Shown here piece after piece: positions 21,753-33,788 of a stretch of DNA of 64,000 bases. A model generated the notes under the pieces. That model was not told the DNA's origin and searched no databases. It saw only the letters and a program-made list of their open reading frames with translations. Position 1 is the stretch's first letter. Each line of letters opens with the position of its first letter. A program made the translations under genes and the position numbers. The stretch lies in contig ML992510.1 of NCBI GenBank assembly GCA_010093995.1, positions 689,272 through 753,271 on the forward strand, read 5' to 3'. Source of the stretch: Elsinoe ampelina. Lineage: Eukaryota.

Positions 21753-22841
21753 ATGGCAGACTCGACGCAGCCAGATCCTTGCGCAACACCCATCGTGGCT
21801 GACGAACACCACTCAGACAGCGCAGAGGCAGACTTGCCTCAATCAGAAGATCTGATATCTCTCACAATCCATTACCACAAAGAGCCCATAACCCTCTCAC
21901 TACCTTCCACTTCTACAATCGCCGACCTCTCCGCCCTCATCACCATCGACTTCGACATTCCCCCAACCTCTCAGAAGCTCCTCATCTCCCCCAAGCCTGG
22001 CCTCCTCCGTCCACCCTTCAAAGACCCTAATTTGCTCCTCTCGACTCTCACGACCCAAAAGATCACACTGCTAGGTACACCGACCTCTTCCGTCGAAGCT
22101 CTCAACACTACCCTCTCCACGATCCGATCACGCGCTCAAGCACGTGCCTCCGCTCTACGTGAAGCTCGCAAGGTCCAACCGACCAAGTACCGCGACCCGA
22201 AACAAGCTCAAGACGAGGCGCGCTATACCTTCCATTCGATTCGACCTCTCCCATACCTGCCCAACCCCGAGAAGTCCCAGAGGTTCCTCGAGCGTCTAGC
22301 CAACGATCCCGGCATCAAGGCTTCGATGCGCAAGCACAAGTTCTCAGTTGGGCTCTTGACGGAGATGAATCCTGCGGAACATACAACGCACGAAAGCAAG
22401 ACGCTAGGACTGAATCGGAATGCTGGCGAGGTGATCGAGCTCCGGCTCAGGACGGACGACTATGATGGTTACAGAGATTACAAGGTCATTCGCAAGACGC
22501 TATGCCACGAGCTGGCGCATAATGTACATGGTCCGCACGATCGCAAGTTCTGGGACTTGTTCAACGTGATCGAGGGGGAAGTCAGCAGGGGTGATTGGAC
22601 ACGAGGAGGGAAGAGTGTGGGGGAGGAGGAGTTCAGTCGACCAGGTGATGAGATTGGGGAGGATGAGATTGATGGTGGAGGTTGGGAAGGGGGGAGTTAC
22701 GTATTGGGCAAGGGTGAAGGATCGGTGCAAGAGGGGTTGAGTAGGAGGGAGATTCTGGCAAAGGCGGCGGAGGAGAGGATGAAGCGGTTGGGCAAACAGG
22801 GCGGGGAAGGTGAAGGAGAGGCGAGTGGAAGTGGTCGTTGA
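21753..22841 (+). CDS. UBL + WLM zinc metalloprotease (Wss1-like family)
   Basis: Ubiquitin-like N-terminal region (IPPTSQKLL), LGLNRNAGEVIELRLRTD, HExxH motif HELAHNVHGPH, C-terminal RREILAKAAEER (VIM-like). Confidence 0.9.
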   Translation: MADSTQPDPCATPIVADEHHSDSAEADLPQSEDLISLTIHYHKEPITLSLPSTSTIADLSALITIDFDIPPTSQKLLISPKPGLLRPPFKDPNLLLSTLTTQKITLLGTPTSSVEALNTTLSTIRSRAQARASALREARKVQPTKYRDPKQAQDEARYTFHSIRPLPYLPNPEKSQRFLERLANDPGIKASMRKHKFSVGLLTEMNPAEHTTHESKTLGLNRNAGEVIELRLRTDDYDGYRDYKVIRKTLCHELAHNVHGPHDRKFWDLFNVIEGEVSRGDWTRGGKSVGEEEFSRPGDEIGEDEIDGGGWEGGSYVLGKGEGSVQEGLSRREILAKAAEERMKRLGKQGGEGEGEASGSGR

Positions 22842-23134
22842 GATTACCACAAAGACCGAATTCTTGTACCGAATTCTTGTCCAAACCACAATGCTCGCTG
22901 CCGCCGCCATACCATCTCTCTAGCAACAAGATAGCAGGAGACCCCTCCGCTAGAACCAGGATTCCCAGTCCGGTTTTACGATGACCGTGACGGCACGTGA
23001 ATGCATGAGTGGAGCAGAGCCTCCAAGTCATCGAGTAAACGAGACGGGTGACAGCCGATGAAGGGATCCGGTCGTGCCTTTCGTGCACGACAGCAGTATG
23101 TAAAACGCAACATGTACAACCACCTATACACTAT

Positions 23135-24271
23135 CTACCTCCTCTCCCACTCCCCCTCCCTCCCATTCACCGTCCAAGTCCTCGTAACCACCACCTCCAC
23201 CTTCTCCCTCGGACCCTCCTCCAAATCCTCCATCTCCAACACCTCCTTCATAGAACTACTCGTACTCGCCGAATCACTCCCCTTATGCCCCGACTTGCGA
23301 CTCGCATACCCGACACTCCTGCCACTCTTCCCCGTCCCCTTGCCAAACGCACTCTCCCCCTCCGACCCCGCCGCCTTACTCCCCCCAAACGACCCCTTGA
23401 CCCTCTCAGAGACAGACTGAAACAACGGCCTCAACGTAATCAAACTCGCAGCGGTAATACTAACCCCGGCCTCGACATTACTCCACAACCCCAACAACAC
23501 CCCAGCAATCCTAATGTCCCCCAACGGCAACTGCACGGCGACACGCACACAACTCGCCACGCCCCCAACACACCCGAAGAGAACCAACACAATCGCACTC
23601 GCCTTTGTCGAAGCGGCCATTTTCGCCCCCCAAACGACATTGACCGCCAAGCCCGCGAAAAGCGCGTCCGTGAGGGCGTTGACGACGGACCAAGCGACGG
23701 AGAAGCGGACGAAAGATTCCTGGACGGGACACCAGTCGGAGCCCGTCCGGAAGGGGGTGGTTTTCTGGGACTGGACCATGATGCCGCACGAGGCGACGGT
23801 GAAGACGAGGTAGGCGGTTCCCAGGGCGGTGGTCAGGGCGGTGGAGGCGAGGATGAGGAGGCGTTGGGGGCGGAACAGGGGCGGGGTGAAGAGTTTGAGG
23901 AAGTAGAAGGCGAGGGAGAGTTTGACGAGGATCATGGTGAGGGAGTAGGCTGCGTTGGAGAAGCGGATGATTTGGACGAGCCGGGTGATGGGCATGTTGA
24001 GGTGGCCTGTGCGGACGAAGAGGGTTTCTGAGTGGATGCAGATGTAGGTGAGGATGCAGGTGGTGAGCCAGGCGAGCCAGGCGAGGAGCATGGCTGTGTC
24101 GTCGTGGGAGAAGGTGTGGGTGAGATTGAGGCGGACGTGGAGGCGGAGGAGGACGGTGATGGTGGAGATGGCGAGGAGGATGGAGGTTAGGGTGGTGATG
24201 GTGGTGAAGTAGAAGAGGAGGCCGGATTCGACGTCTTTGGCCGAGGCGGGGAGGGCCATGGGGGAGGACAT
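23135..24271 (-). CDS. PTH11-like (fungal rhodopsin-domain) integral membrane protein without CFEM
   Basis: About 7 hydrophobic helices; VLLRLHVR..DDTAMLLAW, LVKLSLAFYFLKLF, WSVVNALTD, WSNVEAGVSITAASLITLRPLF. Start placed at MSSPMALP. Confidence 0.87.
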   Translation of the reverse strand: MSSPMALPASAKDVESGLLFYFTTITTLTSILLAISTITVLLRLHVRLNLTHTFSHDDTAMLLAWLAWLTTCILTYICIHSETLFVRTGHLNMPITRLVQIIRFSNAAYSLTMILVKLSLAFYFLKLFTPPLFRPQRLLILASTALTTALGTAYLVFTVASCGIMVQSQKTTPFRTGSDWCPVQESFVRFSVAWSVVNALTDALFAGLAVNVVWGAKMAASTKASAIVLVLFGCVGGVASCVRVAVQLPLGDIRIAGVLLGLWSNVEAGVSITAASLITLRPLFQSVSERVKGSFGGSKAAGSEGESAFGKGTGKSGRSVGYASRKSGHKGSDSASTSSSMKEVLEMEDLEEGPREKVEVVVTRTWTVNGREGEWERR

Positions 24272-25439
24272 GATGGGTTTGGGGGGACTACGGGTGTAGT
24301 CTTGGTGGGTTGACAGGTAACGATAAATGGACGAGGGAAAGAGAGAAAGGGGAGTGATATAATATGGACAGAACAGGGACAGAGGGGAGGAGAAGAACTT
24401 ACGTGGTGCCTGGATCAGCTCGCAAGGACGAGGTGGATCCATGTCGTGTAACAGGGGAAGTACAAAGTGACAGGTGCTAGTATGTTTGCCTCTCTGCGAG
24501 AAGACTGGAATGTAGTGAAAGAAGAAGCAAAAGTCAAGCATTGGGCGGAAACCGTTTGATCTGCAAGGATCCTTGGGACTTGGATGGGAGATAACGTGTG
24601 CAGGACAAAGAGGTTATGCAGGCGAATGGCAGATGGATCCGGGTCTGCGGGGCTCAAAGTTGACAGGCGAGGTGAGGCGAGAGGGGACTTTGCAGGTGAT
24701 AGATCAACGGCTGGATATGGTCCGAGCATGTCGTGCATTAGTTGGTGGTAGTGGAGGATGGTCTTCTGGTTGTACGGATGGTATTCCGGGTCTGGGTCAT
24801 TCGCACTTGCATGTCGGGCCATCTCTGGTTTACATCGGAAGTGGCATGACTTGTCAAGCTGAGAAATTGTATCTCAGATGACATACCCGATCCGATGAGA
24901 TCTGAGGAAGAAAGAGAGAGATGTCGAGGTAGAGGTAGAGGTCAGGGGTTGAAGTGGGTCCCTGATTTTTCGGGTCTGGGCCTCTGTCGATCTTCAATCC
25001 GCGTGAGACGTTCCGTTTGTTCATGCTCATGCTACTTGAAAGTGACAAGGTGTGGGAGCCATGCTGTTTGACAGCTGTCAAGCAAGATACACAGTCACAA
25101 CTGGAGCACATGATGACTAGCGGGGTCCTGTACCACCGAGCTGTCAATGCAACAAAGTTTGCTCTCTTTCCGTACCCACGCTATCATGGACATGTAGCAC
25201 CTGTGCTACCGCCCTTCGGCTTCGAGCATGCTCCCCTCATGAGTGTACAAGTCATTTCCTTTGTGACATCGCTGAAGAGACCGCATGTGCAAGCTAAACT
25301 CGGATAGGCTTATGCATGAAGCTGTGGGGGACGGATGCAGTCTTGACAGGGAGAGATTATTCCGTCCACGAGGCATGGAACCGCTTCCGCCAATGAAATT
25401 GTCCTCTATTGGTAGTCGTCACATAAGCTGCCTACATGA

Positions 25440-27475
25440 TCATTTCCGCTTCTTTGCGCCGGCACCCGTGGAAGCACTAGTCGTCTTCGCCTCGGCCTCT
25501 TTGGCTGCATCCGACTTCTCATCCGCGCCTGGTGGTGCTGCAAGTGGCTTGGTAGTCTTTTTCTCTTCGGGCTCCTCGTCATCACCACCTCCACCAAACT
25601 CGTTGACACGTTTATAGTCGACCTAGACTTGTTTAGCTTGTGTCGTGATGATCTCACCTGGATACTTCTTACCCTGTATTTCCAACTCTGATAGAGGTAG
25701 ATGAAGAAGATAATGTCATCCCGGAAAACAGATAGCCTATAAAGCCAAGGCATCTTGATTGTAAATGCAAAAAGATCGTCGATAAAGGTGTTGAGGAACT
25801 TGTACATCATTGCCTTGCCTGGCATGTGAGCAACAGATTGTAGTCGATAGTTGATGTAGAGAGCCGGGCACATAAGCAAGAAGCCGTATGCATAGACGGA
25901 ACCAACCAGAACCTGGATGACATACGAGTACCAAGACTTGTGGCTTTCATAGTACAAGCTGTAGATAGCGTACGCGACAAGCAGAGGTACTCCAGCGATG
26001 TAAAGGTACTTGAAAGCAATCTGGTCGTACTCTTCAGTCTGCTTCTCCGTCTCCGAGAGTTTGTGCTTGTCTTCGAACGTGACTCGATATGGGATAAGGC
26101 TACCAGGTGCGGACTCTCTCACGCGGACGTTGACAGTCTTGGTAATTTTCCAAGCTTCGACAAGAATGCCCATGCCCTGTGAGGCAAGGATCATCCAGGA
26201 TGTGTTTTCGTTCTGATCCAGAAGGTAAAGGAAGATGATAGTCTGCATGATCACGTTGGCAAGGATTGTGCGGAACGAGGTTCCGACATTATCCTTCTTC
26301 TTCCTCCAATGGCTGACATCATTCTTGAAGGCAAGCATCTCGAAGATCATGTGAAGGACCGATACGATCGCCGTCGTGCCGAGCAGGTAGATCGAAGTGT
26401 CGAGCAAAGTCTCCTTGATCAATTCCATCTCACTGCCATCACCACCGCCAGGTGTTGACTCGCCGAGCGCATTCTTCCTAGCAGTCTCCTTCATGCCCTC
26501 GTCCATGGTGGACATCAAGTTGAACTTCCAATTGGCCAGGTTGTTGAGCTGCACATTCATCGACAGCTCCTTGACCGTCTCATTGAGTATCGTCATCTGG
26601 CTCTTGAGCTGCCAGAAAGTATTCATGTAGAGCACGGGGTAGTACCATCCATTTTGTCCAGTCTGATCTCTCGCTCCTGTCGCCTCGAGTTGCACAAACT
26701 GACGTGTAGCAGGGTGCATAGTAGGATACTTGAGTGACCCAGTGTCCGGAATGAAGGCTGCGGTGAAGTTGGGATGATAGTAGTTGGCCACTGTCGGTCC
26801 CTTTTGTGCCGGCTCTTGCTCAGCGATGTCGGACTCATTCTTGCCCGCCAACAGGTTCTTGACCTTCTTCTCCTTCTTCTTAAGCAAATGCTGTGTCAAA
26901 GGTCGCGTCATTCTATACGCTTTGCTCGGATCGTAGCCTGCTTCCGTCGGGTCGAGGATGGCACCGCTTTGCGCAACGTAGATGTGTGCCCAGAGTGTAC
27001 CATTGTTCTGGACTTCTTTTGGAACCTTGAAAGTGATCGATGCATCCCGCTTGTCCTTGTAATCACCGTAACGGAAACCCTTCTCGCGGAGTACTAACGA
27101 CTCGGCTGGCATGTTCTTGAGCGAGGGCATGACCACTGATGGCGAAATGTACATGCTCACGTCAAGGGTGACATTTGACGGCCAAATGGGATTGATGGTC
27201 TGCGGGATGGCGCTGTAGGAAGTGCCAACAGATGGTGGTTGGGCGGCTCTGAATTCAGTAGTGGCCGTCGAGTTATTCTGTGCTGGTTGCGGCATGAATT
27301 GCTTCATGGCGAATTGTATGAAGAACCAGATGCCGACCATCTGGACGACAGATCGGAGCGTGGACTGGACATGTTAGCGACGACAAGGTGATCTCCGGGA
27401 TAAATTTGGACTGACCTGCCATCCTGTCTGTGGCTCATCTTGCTGCCCTGGAGCTTGACGCTGACCTTCAGGCAT
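25440..27475 (-). CDS. CLPTM1: CLPTM1-family membrane protein (putative ER lipid scramblase)
   Basis: Exons 27475-27416, 27364-25673, 25622-25440. VQNNGTLWAH, FEMLAFKNDVSHW, LYINYRLQSVAHMP, YKFLNTFIDDLFAF, YRVDYKRVNEFG; ends KKRK. Confidence 0.93.
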
Positions 27476-28167
27476 GATTGCGGTGTAGGTAATACCTTTG
27501 TCGCGGTGATGGCAAGAAAGTCGGAGCCTCGAGCAGAGGAATCCTTCCACATGCGAACCCTCGAATCGGGAGCTCGGTCGGAGATAGACCGGCCCGATTC
27601 CCCGACTGCTTTTATAGAGGCTTCCCCAATGCGGAAGTCACCGCGGGCTTGTTCGAGTCAGACACAAGGTACCTATGGATGGCCATGACGGTGACAAGAT
27701 GCAGTCACCTCAATGACAAGAAATGCGACTGCAACTGTGATTTCACAAGCACTGCCAAACGTATCTGCTTGCCTCATGTGCCAAATTTCAAAGTGCCTCA
27801 ATCGCAAGAATGTGATTCTTGGCGTTAGTGTCTGAAGTTGCCTGACCAAAGTTCGATGTCACAAGCCACTCACAGCGTGACGTGCCACCGCCTGCGAACA
27901 CAAGCAACCACGCTTCCCCTCCACGACTAATTCACCTACATCCCTATAATCTCAACCACCTGTCGCTCATCCTTATCCGCTCACTGCCCAACTTCAAGTA
28001 CAAAACCAGCATATACCAGCGCTCGCGAATCACACTGAGACACGGCTTATCACGCCGGAAGCGGACCCGCCTGCTCTATCAACACAACCAGGCAGTGAGC
28101 CTACACTCCACGTCTACCGTCTCCAACACCAGAACATTCGGGCAGATGCTCAGGAGACAGCGCCGAC

Positions 28168-30394
28168 ATGTTTTCTGAATGTGAGTCCATCCGCAGGACG
28201 GTCGCCTTGCTCGCGTGACAGGACTGATTTGCTTGCAGATGCGTCCCGCTTTCTGGCGCAGTCACAGAGCCGGCTGTCGCTCACACCACAAGAGAACACA
28301 GAGAGATCTAGGAACCCATTAGACCGCCGGCGTGCGCCCAGCGCTTCCCGATATGTACAACGATCAAACCTGGTCAATCCGTACCAGCAACAATCGGGGA
28401 GTTACATGTCCCGCTTCCCCTTCTCCGGTCGTAGAACACAAGAGCAGAGCGCACCGCTGTTTAGCAGCCAACATTTCGACCCAGAAGCAGACGATGAAGA
28501 GCAGCATGAGAGGGACATGGCAGACTTTCTGGCGCTTAGAGAGTCCAGAAGGAATTTCGGTCCCAGTCATTTGACCGAGTCATCCGAGATGGACGAAGAA
28601 CGGAGAGCGACTGGGGAAGATGAACCGATAGAGTCGATAGACCTCAGAGCCCGCCCACCGAGGGAGTCCCGGATACGTCTGGGAGAGTCTGTTCGCCAAG
28701 CAGGCAAAGGAAAGAGTCGGCTTGTGGACGTCAATCTGGACTCTACGATACGAGAGAGCGCAGAATACTTTGATGCGGCAGCCTCGGAAATGGACGACAG
28801 ACCACCGACGTATTCGCATCTATCGAAGACTCCGGGAAGCATCGCTGGCCGACCGTCGCTTATGCCGAAAGAGACTGACGAGGAAGCACAACGATTAAGA
28901 CCGTCACCACCGAGCCCGGATCAGGAAGATGTACCGCATACCGTCATACTCCCTGCCCCACGACCGCCGCAACATGATGTCTTCTGGGCGCATCTCTACA
29001 AGATCTCGCTATTTGCCATGTTTGCGACATTTGTCCTTGTGTGGTTTCACACATCGCCACCGACGTCAAAGCGGCCACTGGGAGACACAATCTACTCGGC
29101 GTTGACAGGGTCGATACATCTACTATTATGGGATACCGTGATCACAGTAGTGGTAGCGATGATCTGGCTGGCTCTTCTGCGAGAGTATGTTCGGGCGCTG
29201 GTCTTCCTTATGCTGGTTGCAGTCCCCGTGATTCTCTTCTCCTTCTCGCTATACCCCTTCATCTCGTCCTTCAAGGGCTCGTGGGGTGGAGACAGTGTTC
29301 AAGATCGAGCCATGCGATGGCTATCCTTCATCCCGGCCATCACCGGATGCGTCTGGGTCTACTCGGTCTACAAAGGCCGACACTCGCTCGGCAAGGCCAT
29401 ATCTATCCTTGAATTCGCCTGCCGCATTGTAACCGCATCACCAGCCCTCATCCTCCTCGGCTTCGCCACCCTCACAGTCGTAGTCTGCTTCACCTGGGTC
29501 TGGCTCGGTATGTTCACCCGCGTCTTCCTCTCCGGCCACTTCAGCAAGCTCAAAACCTTCATCCTCGACATCTCGTCCTGGTGGCTCGGCCTCTACTTCA
29601 TTCTCATCTACCTCTGGACCCTCGGCGTCATCGCCGGCATTCAACGCTCCACCACCGCCGCTACCGTCTCCCAATGGTACTTCCACCGGCTCTCCACCCC
29701 CGCCCCGTCAAGCAACGAAGTCGTCACCGCCTCCCTCCAACACGCCACCGGCCCCATGCTAGGGTCAATCTGCCTCTCCACCTTCCTCAGCCTCCTCATC
29801 CGTCTTCCCCTCATCATCCTCCCCCGCCGCCTCGCCAGCATCGTCACCCTCTTCTTCTACTCCCTCGTCCCCACATCGCTCGCGGCTCTCACGAACCCTC
29901 TCACACTCACCTACGCAGCGATCCACTCCCAACCCCTCTCCATCTCCGCTCGCGGTCTGTCCCAGCTGCACTTTGTCTCCCGCACTACGCCGTCAACTAC
30001 GCTCTCGCCAGGCGCTTTCCGCGCTGAAAACGGATCGAGTCTCATCCCTTACCGTCTCGCGAAGTTGCTGCTCCACGCCACGCGGTTTGTGATGAGTTTC
30101 GCCCTCGGTTTCGCGGGGTGGGTGAGCACGGCGCATAGCTTGTCGGTTGCGGGGCAGAAGAATGGGAGCGGGGGCGGCGGGGCGGGGTTCAAGGGGTCGT
30201 TGTATGGGTATCTGGTTGGATTAATTGCGGCGAGTATTGGTTGGGCTGTGTTGGGGGCTATCGAGGGCGTCATTGGGGGCGTCGTGGACGCGGCGGTGGT
30301 TTGTTGGGCGAGTGAGACGGGAGGGAGGGGTGGTGGGGGGGAGGCGAGGTATTGTCGTGAGGCCGGGGAGTTATTTGGGGAGGGGGATATTTGA
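28168..30394 (+). CDS. Choline transporter-like (CTL/SLC44/PNS1 family) membrane protein
   Basis: Exon 28168-28180 and intron 28181-28238 give MFSEYASRFLAQSQSRL; about 10 TM helices; QRSTTAATVSQWYF, GSICLS, LTYAAIH. Confidence 0.88.
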
Positions 30395-30945
30395 TTGGTT
30401 CCCGATGGGAGGCCGCGGAGACGTGGTTGTGGAAAGGGACGAGAAGGGGAGGAGGGACAGAGGAATGGTTTAGGGTTGTGGGTCCTGGGGACGAGGGGGG
30501 AGTGAGGAGATGGATACGGAGATGGAGAGCGATCTACGTGCGAAACGATACAGTCATTGGCGTCTGGTAATGGGATACTAAGGGCTGCATGGCATGGACA
30601 GTGCGGCTGCACTGGACTGGGGCGTTTGGGGAGGTAGCTAGATATCCCTCTTTTGAACTCGAGATGATTCCGTCATTTATCGCGTGCCTGGTCTCCTCCC
30701 ATAAACCCAGCATCTCGCGAGGCTGCACCAGGACAGGCTTCTATTTGTCTAGTACACACGTCCCTCCGGCTCTATCATACATGGCCGCCCTTCGCCAGGT
30801 GCGGCAACGTCATCAAAACGTACCCTGTTTACACTCTCGTCCCGCCAGGTCCATATCCCCAGCCCACGATCGATGAGCCTTGTCTGCCGGGATCCATGTC
30901 CGATCTGTCGACGCATGTCCTGTCCTACCAGCTCGTGAACCCTGT

Positions 30946-33192
30946 CTACATCCCGCCAGTCTCCCCTCTATACTCCCCCCTCCCACTCCCCTCGTCTGTG
31001 CCCCACTCGAACCAACCCCCAGCCGACATCCCCGTTCCACTACGAGATACCCCTCCCCTTCCTCCCACTGCTACTCCCCCGGCCCCTATCACCCCTCCCC
31101 TGACCCCCGTCACCTCTCCCCCTGCTCCTACCCCTGCCGCACCAACACTCACCCCTCCAACCCCCATCAGCCCCCCTCCGATCCCAAGTACCACTGAGCT
31201 CCCGAGCAAGACGTCCAGCCCTGCTTCTCTCTCTCCCGCCTCTCTTCCTGCTTCTTCCCCTGCCACTGTCCCAAACTGGGTCCTACCAGCCTCAGCCCTC
31301 CGCCACAAGCCACGAGCGACGCTGTCACCTCTTCTCAGTTCTTCGATGAGGGACGTCACGCGGAGGAGTTCCGTGTCGTTGTTCCCTTGGCTTCCGGCGT
31401 GGACGGTGCTACCGGCTTGAGGATCGCTGGTGGTGGGATGGGAGGGAGCGGTGGTATGGGAGGGGTCGGTGGTCTGGGAGGGGTCGGGGCCAGGGACGGT
31501 ACCGGGCCCTTCCCATTCTGTCACTACCACGTGGTTGTATGGTTCCGAAAGGGCCTTTTTGAGGGAGTCGTCGATCAGGATGGTGTTGTGGGGGCCGTAC
31601 TTGGAGGTGAAAGGGAGGGGGCCAGGCGGTGGGGGAGGTGCAGAGTTGGATGATGGTGGGGGTGGGGGTGCGAAGGGTGGTGCTGGGTTGAAGAAGCTCG
31701 GCGGAAAAGCAGGATTGAAGTGCCCTGGTACAGGAGCTGGAGTGAAGAAGGGACTGCTCGTCAGGGGTTGCTGGTAGTTCTGGCTGCCGTGGCTCGGCGG
31801 CTGGACTGCGCCAGAGGGGCAGGTCTGGTAGTAAGGAGGCTGGTTCTGGTAGTTTTGGCCACCATATAAGCTCTGAAGATATGTGGCAGACGGATCTTGG
31901 TATGTTGAGTAGCCATGCTGACCGTGAGTGTAACCAGTTCCATAGGTCTGCTGGTAGGAGTCCTGGGACGTAGCAGCAGGCTGAGTTGCCGTCTGCGCTG
32001 CGTACCTGTTGAACACATTGGCTGAGACCTCGTCGCCGTTGAGGTGTGCCCAGACCTTCGTCAACTCCTTATAAGTCTGGACGTAATCCTTGAAATTGTT
32101 GCCCAGATTCATATCCTCCCTCGTCCAGACCATTTTCAGCTTAGCAGCTTGCTCCTTGGTCATGATCTTGGGCAGAACCGCCAGGAAATTACTTCTGGTC
32201 ATGCTGGTCCAAATCGCCACATCATGTTCGCGGAAAAGGTATGTGAGAAACTCCCTGAGATGTGGACGTGGTGTGATCGATCTCAGCTGCTTACGAAATC
32301 CAAGTGTGCCGTTCACATCCAGGATGACGAGGAGCCTTTGTGGCTCGCAAGGTATGGGTGGAGATGAAGAGCAGTATGAGAGGTATTCGGTGGAAGGCTT
32401 TGGGATGGCCATCTTTTCTGCCGGTGGAGGACGACCTGGTCCACGAGGACTGAAAATTGGTTTCGATTTTGTGGGCTTGGTGGGAGCCTTTGTCTCCGTA
32501 GATACTGCGGTTGCACTCGGAGAGGCTTTCTTCTTCTTCGGTTTCTTGGTCTGAGTCTTCTCAGGAGGCGCGGTATCGTTGATGGATAGCCGTGCAAGCT
32601 GATCCGAGGGATCTCCCAGGTGAGAATCCTTTGCGAGAGGTGTCGCCACTTGACCCACTTCTGCCACTCCTGGATCGTCTGGTTTAACAGCAGGAGCTGT
32701 GGGCTGATTCGATGTCGCCTTTCTAGCGACGGCCTTGGAACGGGTGTTATATTTGTGCGATGATGCGATTGCAGGAACAGAGGTGGTCGTGGGTTGAGGT
32801 GCAGTAGATGTTGCCTCGAGTGATTTCGAGTGTGATGTGGATTTCGTCGGGTTCGCCTTCAGCCGCGGCTCTTTGAACGAGGTCTCTGGTGTGGTGGCGC
32901 TCGAAGCTGCTGTCGCCAAAAGCTGGTCGAAGGGATTGACATAGGTGAATCTTGCCGGGGGTTGCATGTTGGCGGGTGGTAGTGTTGGTATCGAACGAGT
33001 ATAGTCCTGATCGGAAGCAGACTTGGTCTTTGTCTTCTTGTGCTTCTGCTTCTTCTTCTCGCTCTTCTGTTGCTGATGCGGCGCATCACCTGGATTTCTC
33101 AAGTCCACGCCGTCTGTCGTCCCCCCCTTTGCGAGAGTCCGCGCGTTGATAGGGATGGACGAGACGTCCCCGCTACAGTCATCCATAGCCAT
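30946..33192 (-). CDS. NIF/FCP1-homology HAD phosphatase-like protein with low-complexity extensions
   Basis: LLVILDVNGTL, RPHLREFL, VAIWTS, YKELTKVW, NTILIDDS..KA...PYNH. Start uncertain (MAMDD at 33192). Confidence 0.8.
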   Translation of the reverse strand: MAMDDCSGDVSSIPINARTLAKGGTTDGVDLRNPGDAPHQQQKSEKKKQKHKKTKTKSASDQDYTRSIPTLPPANMQPPARFTYVNPFDQLLATAASSATTPETSFKEPRLKANPTKSTSHSKSLEATSTAPQPTTTSVPAIASSHKYNTRSKAVARKATSNQPTAPAVKPDDPGVAEVGQVATPLAKDSHLGDPSDQLARLSINDTAPPEKTQTKKPKKKKASPSATAVSTETKAPTKPTKSKPIFSPRGPGRPPPAEKMAIPKPSTEYLSYCSSSPPIPCEPQRLLVILDVNGTLGFRKQLRSITPRPHLREFLTYLFREHDVAIWTSMTRSNFLAVLPKIMTKEQAAKLKMVWTREDMNLGNNFKDYVQTYKELTKVWAHLNGDEVSANVFNRYAAQTATQPAATSQDSYQQTYGTGYTHGQHGYSTYQDPSATYLQSLYGGQNYQNQPPYYQTCPSGAVQPPSHGSQNYQQPLTSSPFFTPAPVPGHFNPAFPPSFFNPAPPFAPPPPPSSNSAPPPPPGPLPFTSKYGPHNTILIDDSLKKALSEPYNHVVVTEWEGPGTVPGPDPSQTTDPSHTTAPSHPTTSDPQAGSTVHAGSQGNNDTELLRVTSLIEELRRGDSVARGLWRRAEAGRTQFGTVAGEEAGREAGEREAGLDVLLGSSVVLGIGGGLMGVGGVSVGAAGVGAGGEVTGVRGGVIGAGGVAVGGRGGVSRSGTGMSAGGWFEWGTDEGSGRGEYRGETGGM

Positions 33193-33788
33193 CAGAACTG
33201 AGTTGAATCGAGTTCGGCACGTGAATGATGTGTGTGTCAAGTATAAAGAGAGCTTTCTGGCAAGATATCTTTGAGTCCAAAGGTCTCTCACATACCGGTC
33301 AAGCAATGAATTGTAGACCTGCCTGATGCTTCGATATAGCCAAACACTTGATCCATACTTGATAAATCTTCTACCTTCATTCACGAAATTGGGACGGCAA
33401 GCAGCGTCGCACAATAAGCAAACATGTGCGTGGCAAAAGTCATCAGAAAAATACGTGTATGCCAAGAGTTTCACTTCAGCTGCATCGATCATTACGCCCT
33501 CTTGCGCAATTATCCTTGAGCGCTGTCAGCGATTGTGGGGCATTAAATTTCCAATGCTAATGTGCAGGGGAGATCGTATCCTCTCATTGATGCTTTTGTA
33601 ATACTACACGCCCGCTATACCCACACCAACATCCAGAGAAAGCTCCACCAGTGACGAGTAACGAAAGTCGTAGATCGTGGCCTTCCCATGAACCTCGTAG
33701 ATCCGCTTGCGTGTTTTATGTCGTGACCGCCCATGCCGCATCTCCATCGCTTGTAGTATATAACGACGCTCAAAATGCCGCAATAAGA

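Noticed and set aside
27630..27670. GTTCGA motif suggesting a tRNA T-loop
   Set aside because: No T-stem or cloverleaf can be formed.
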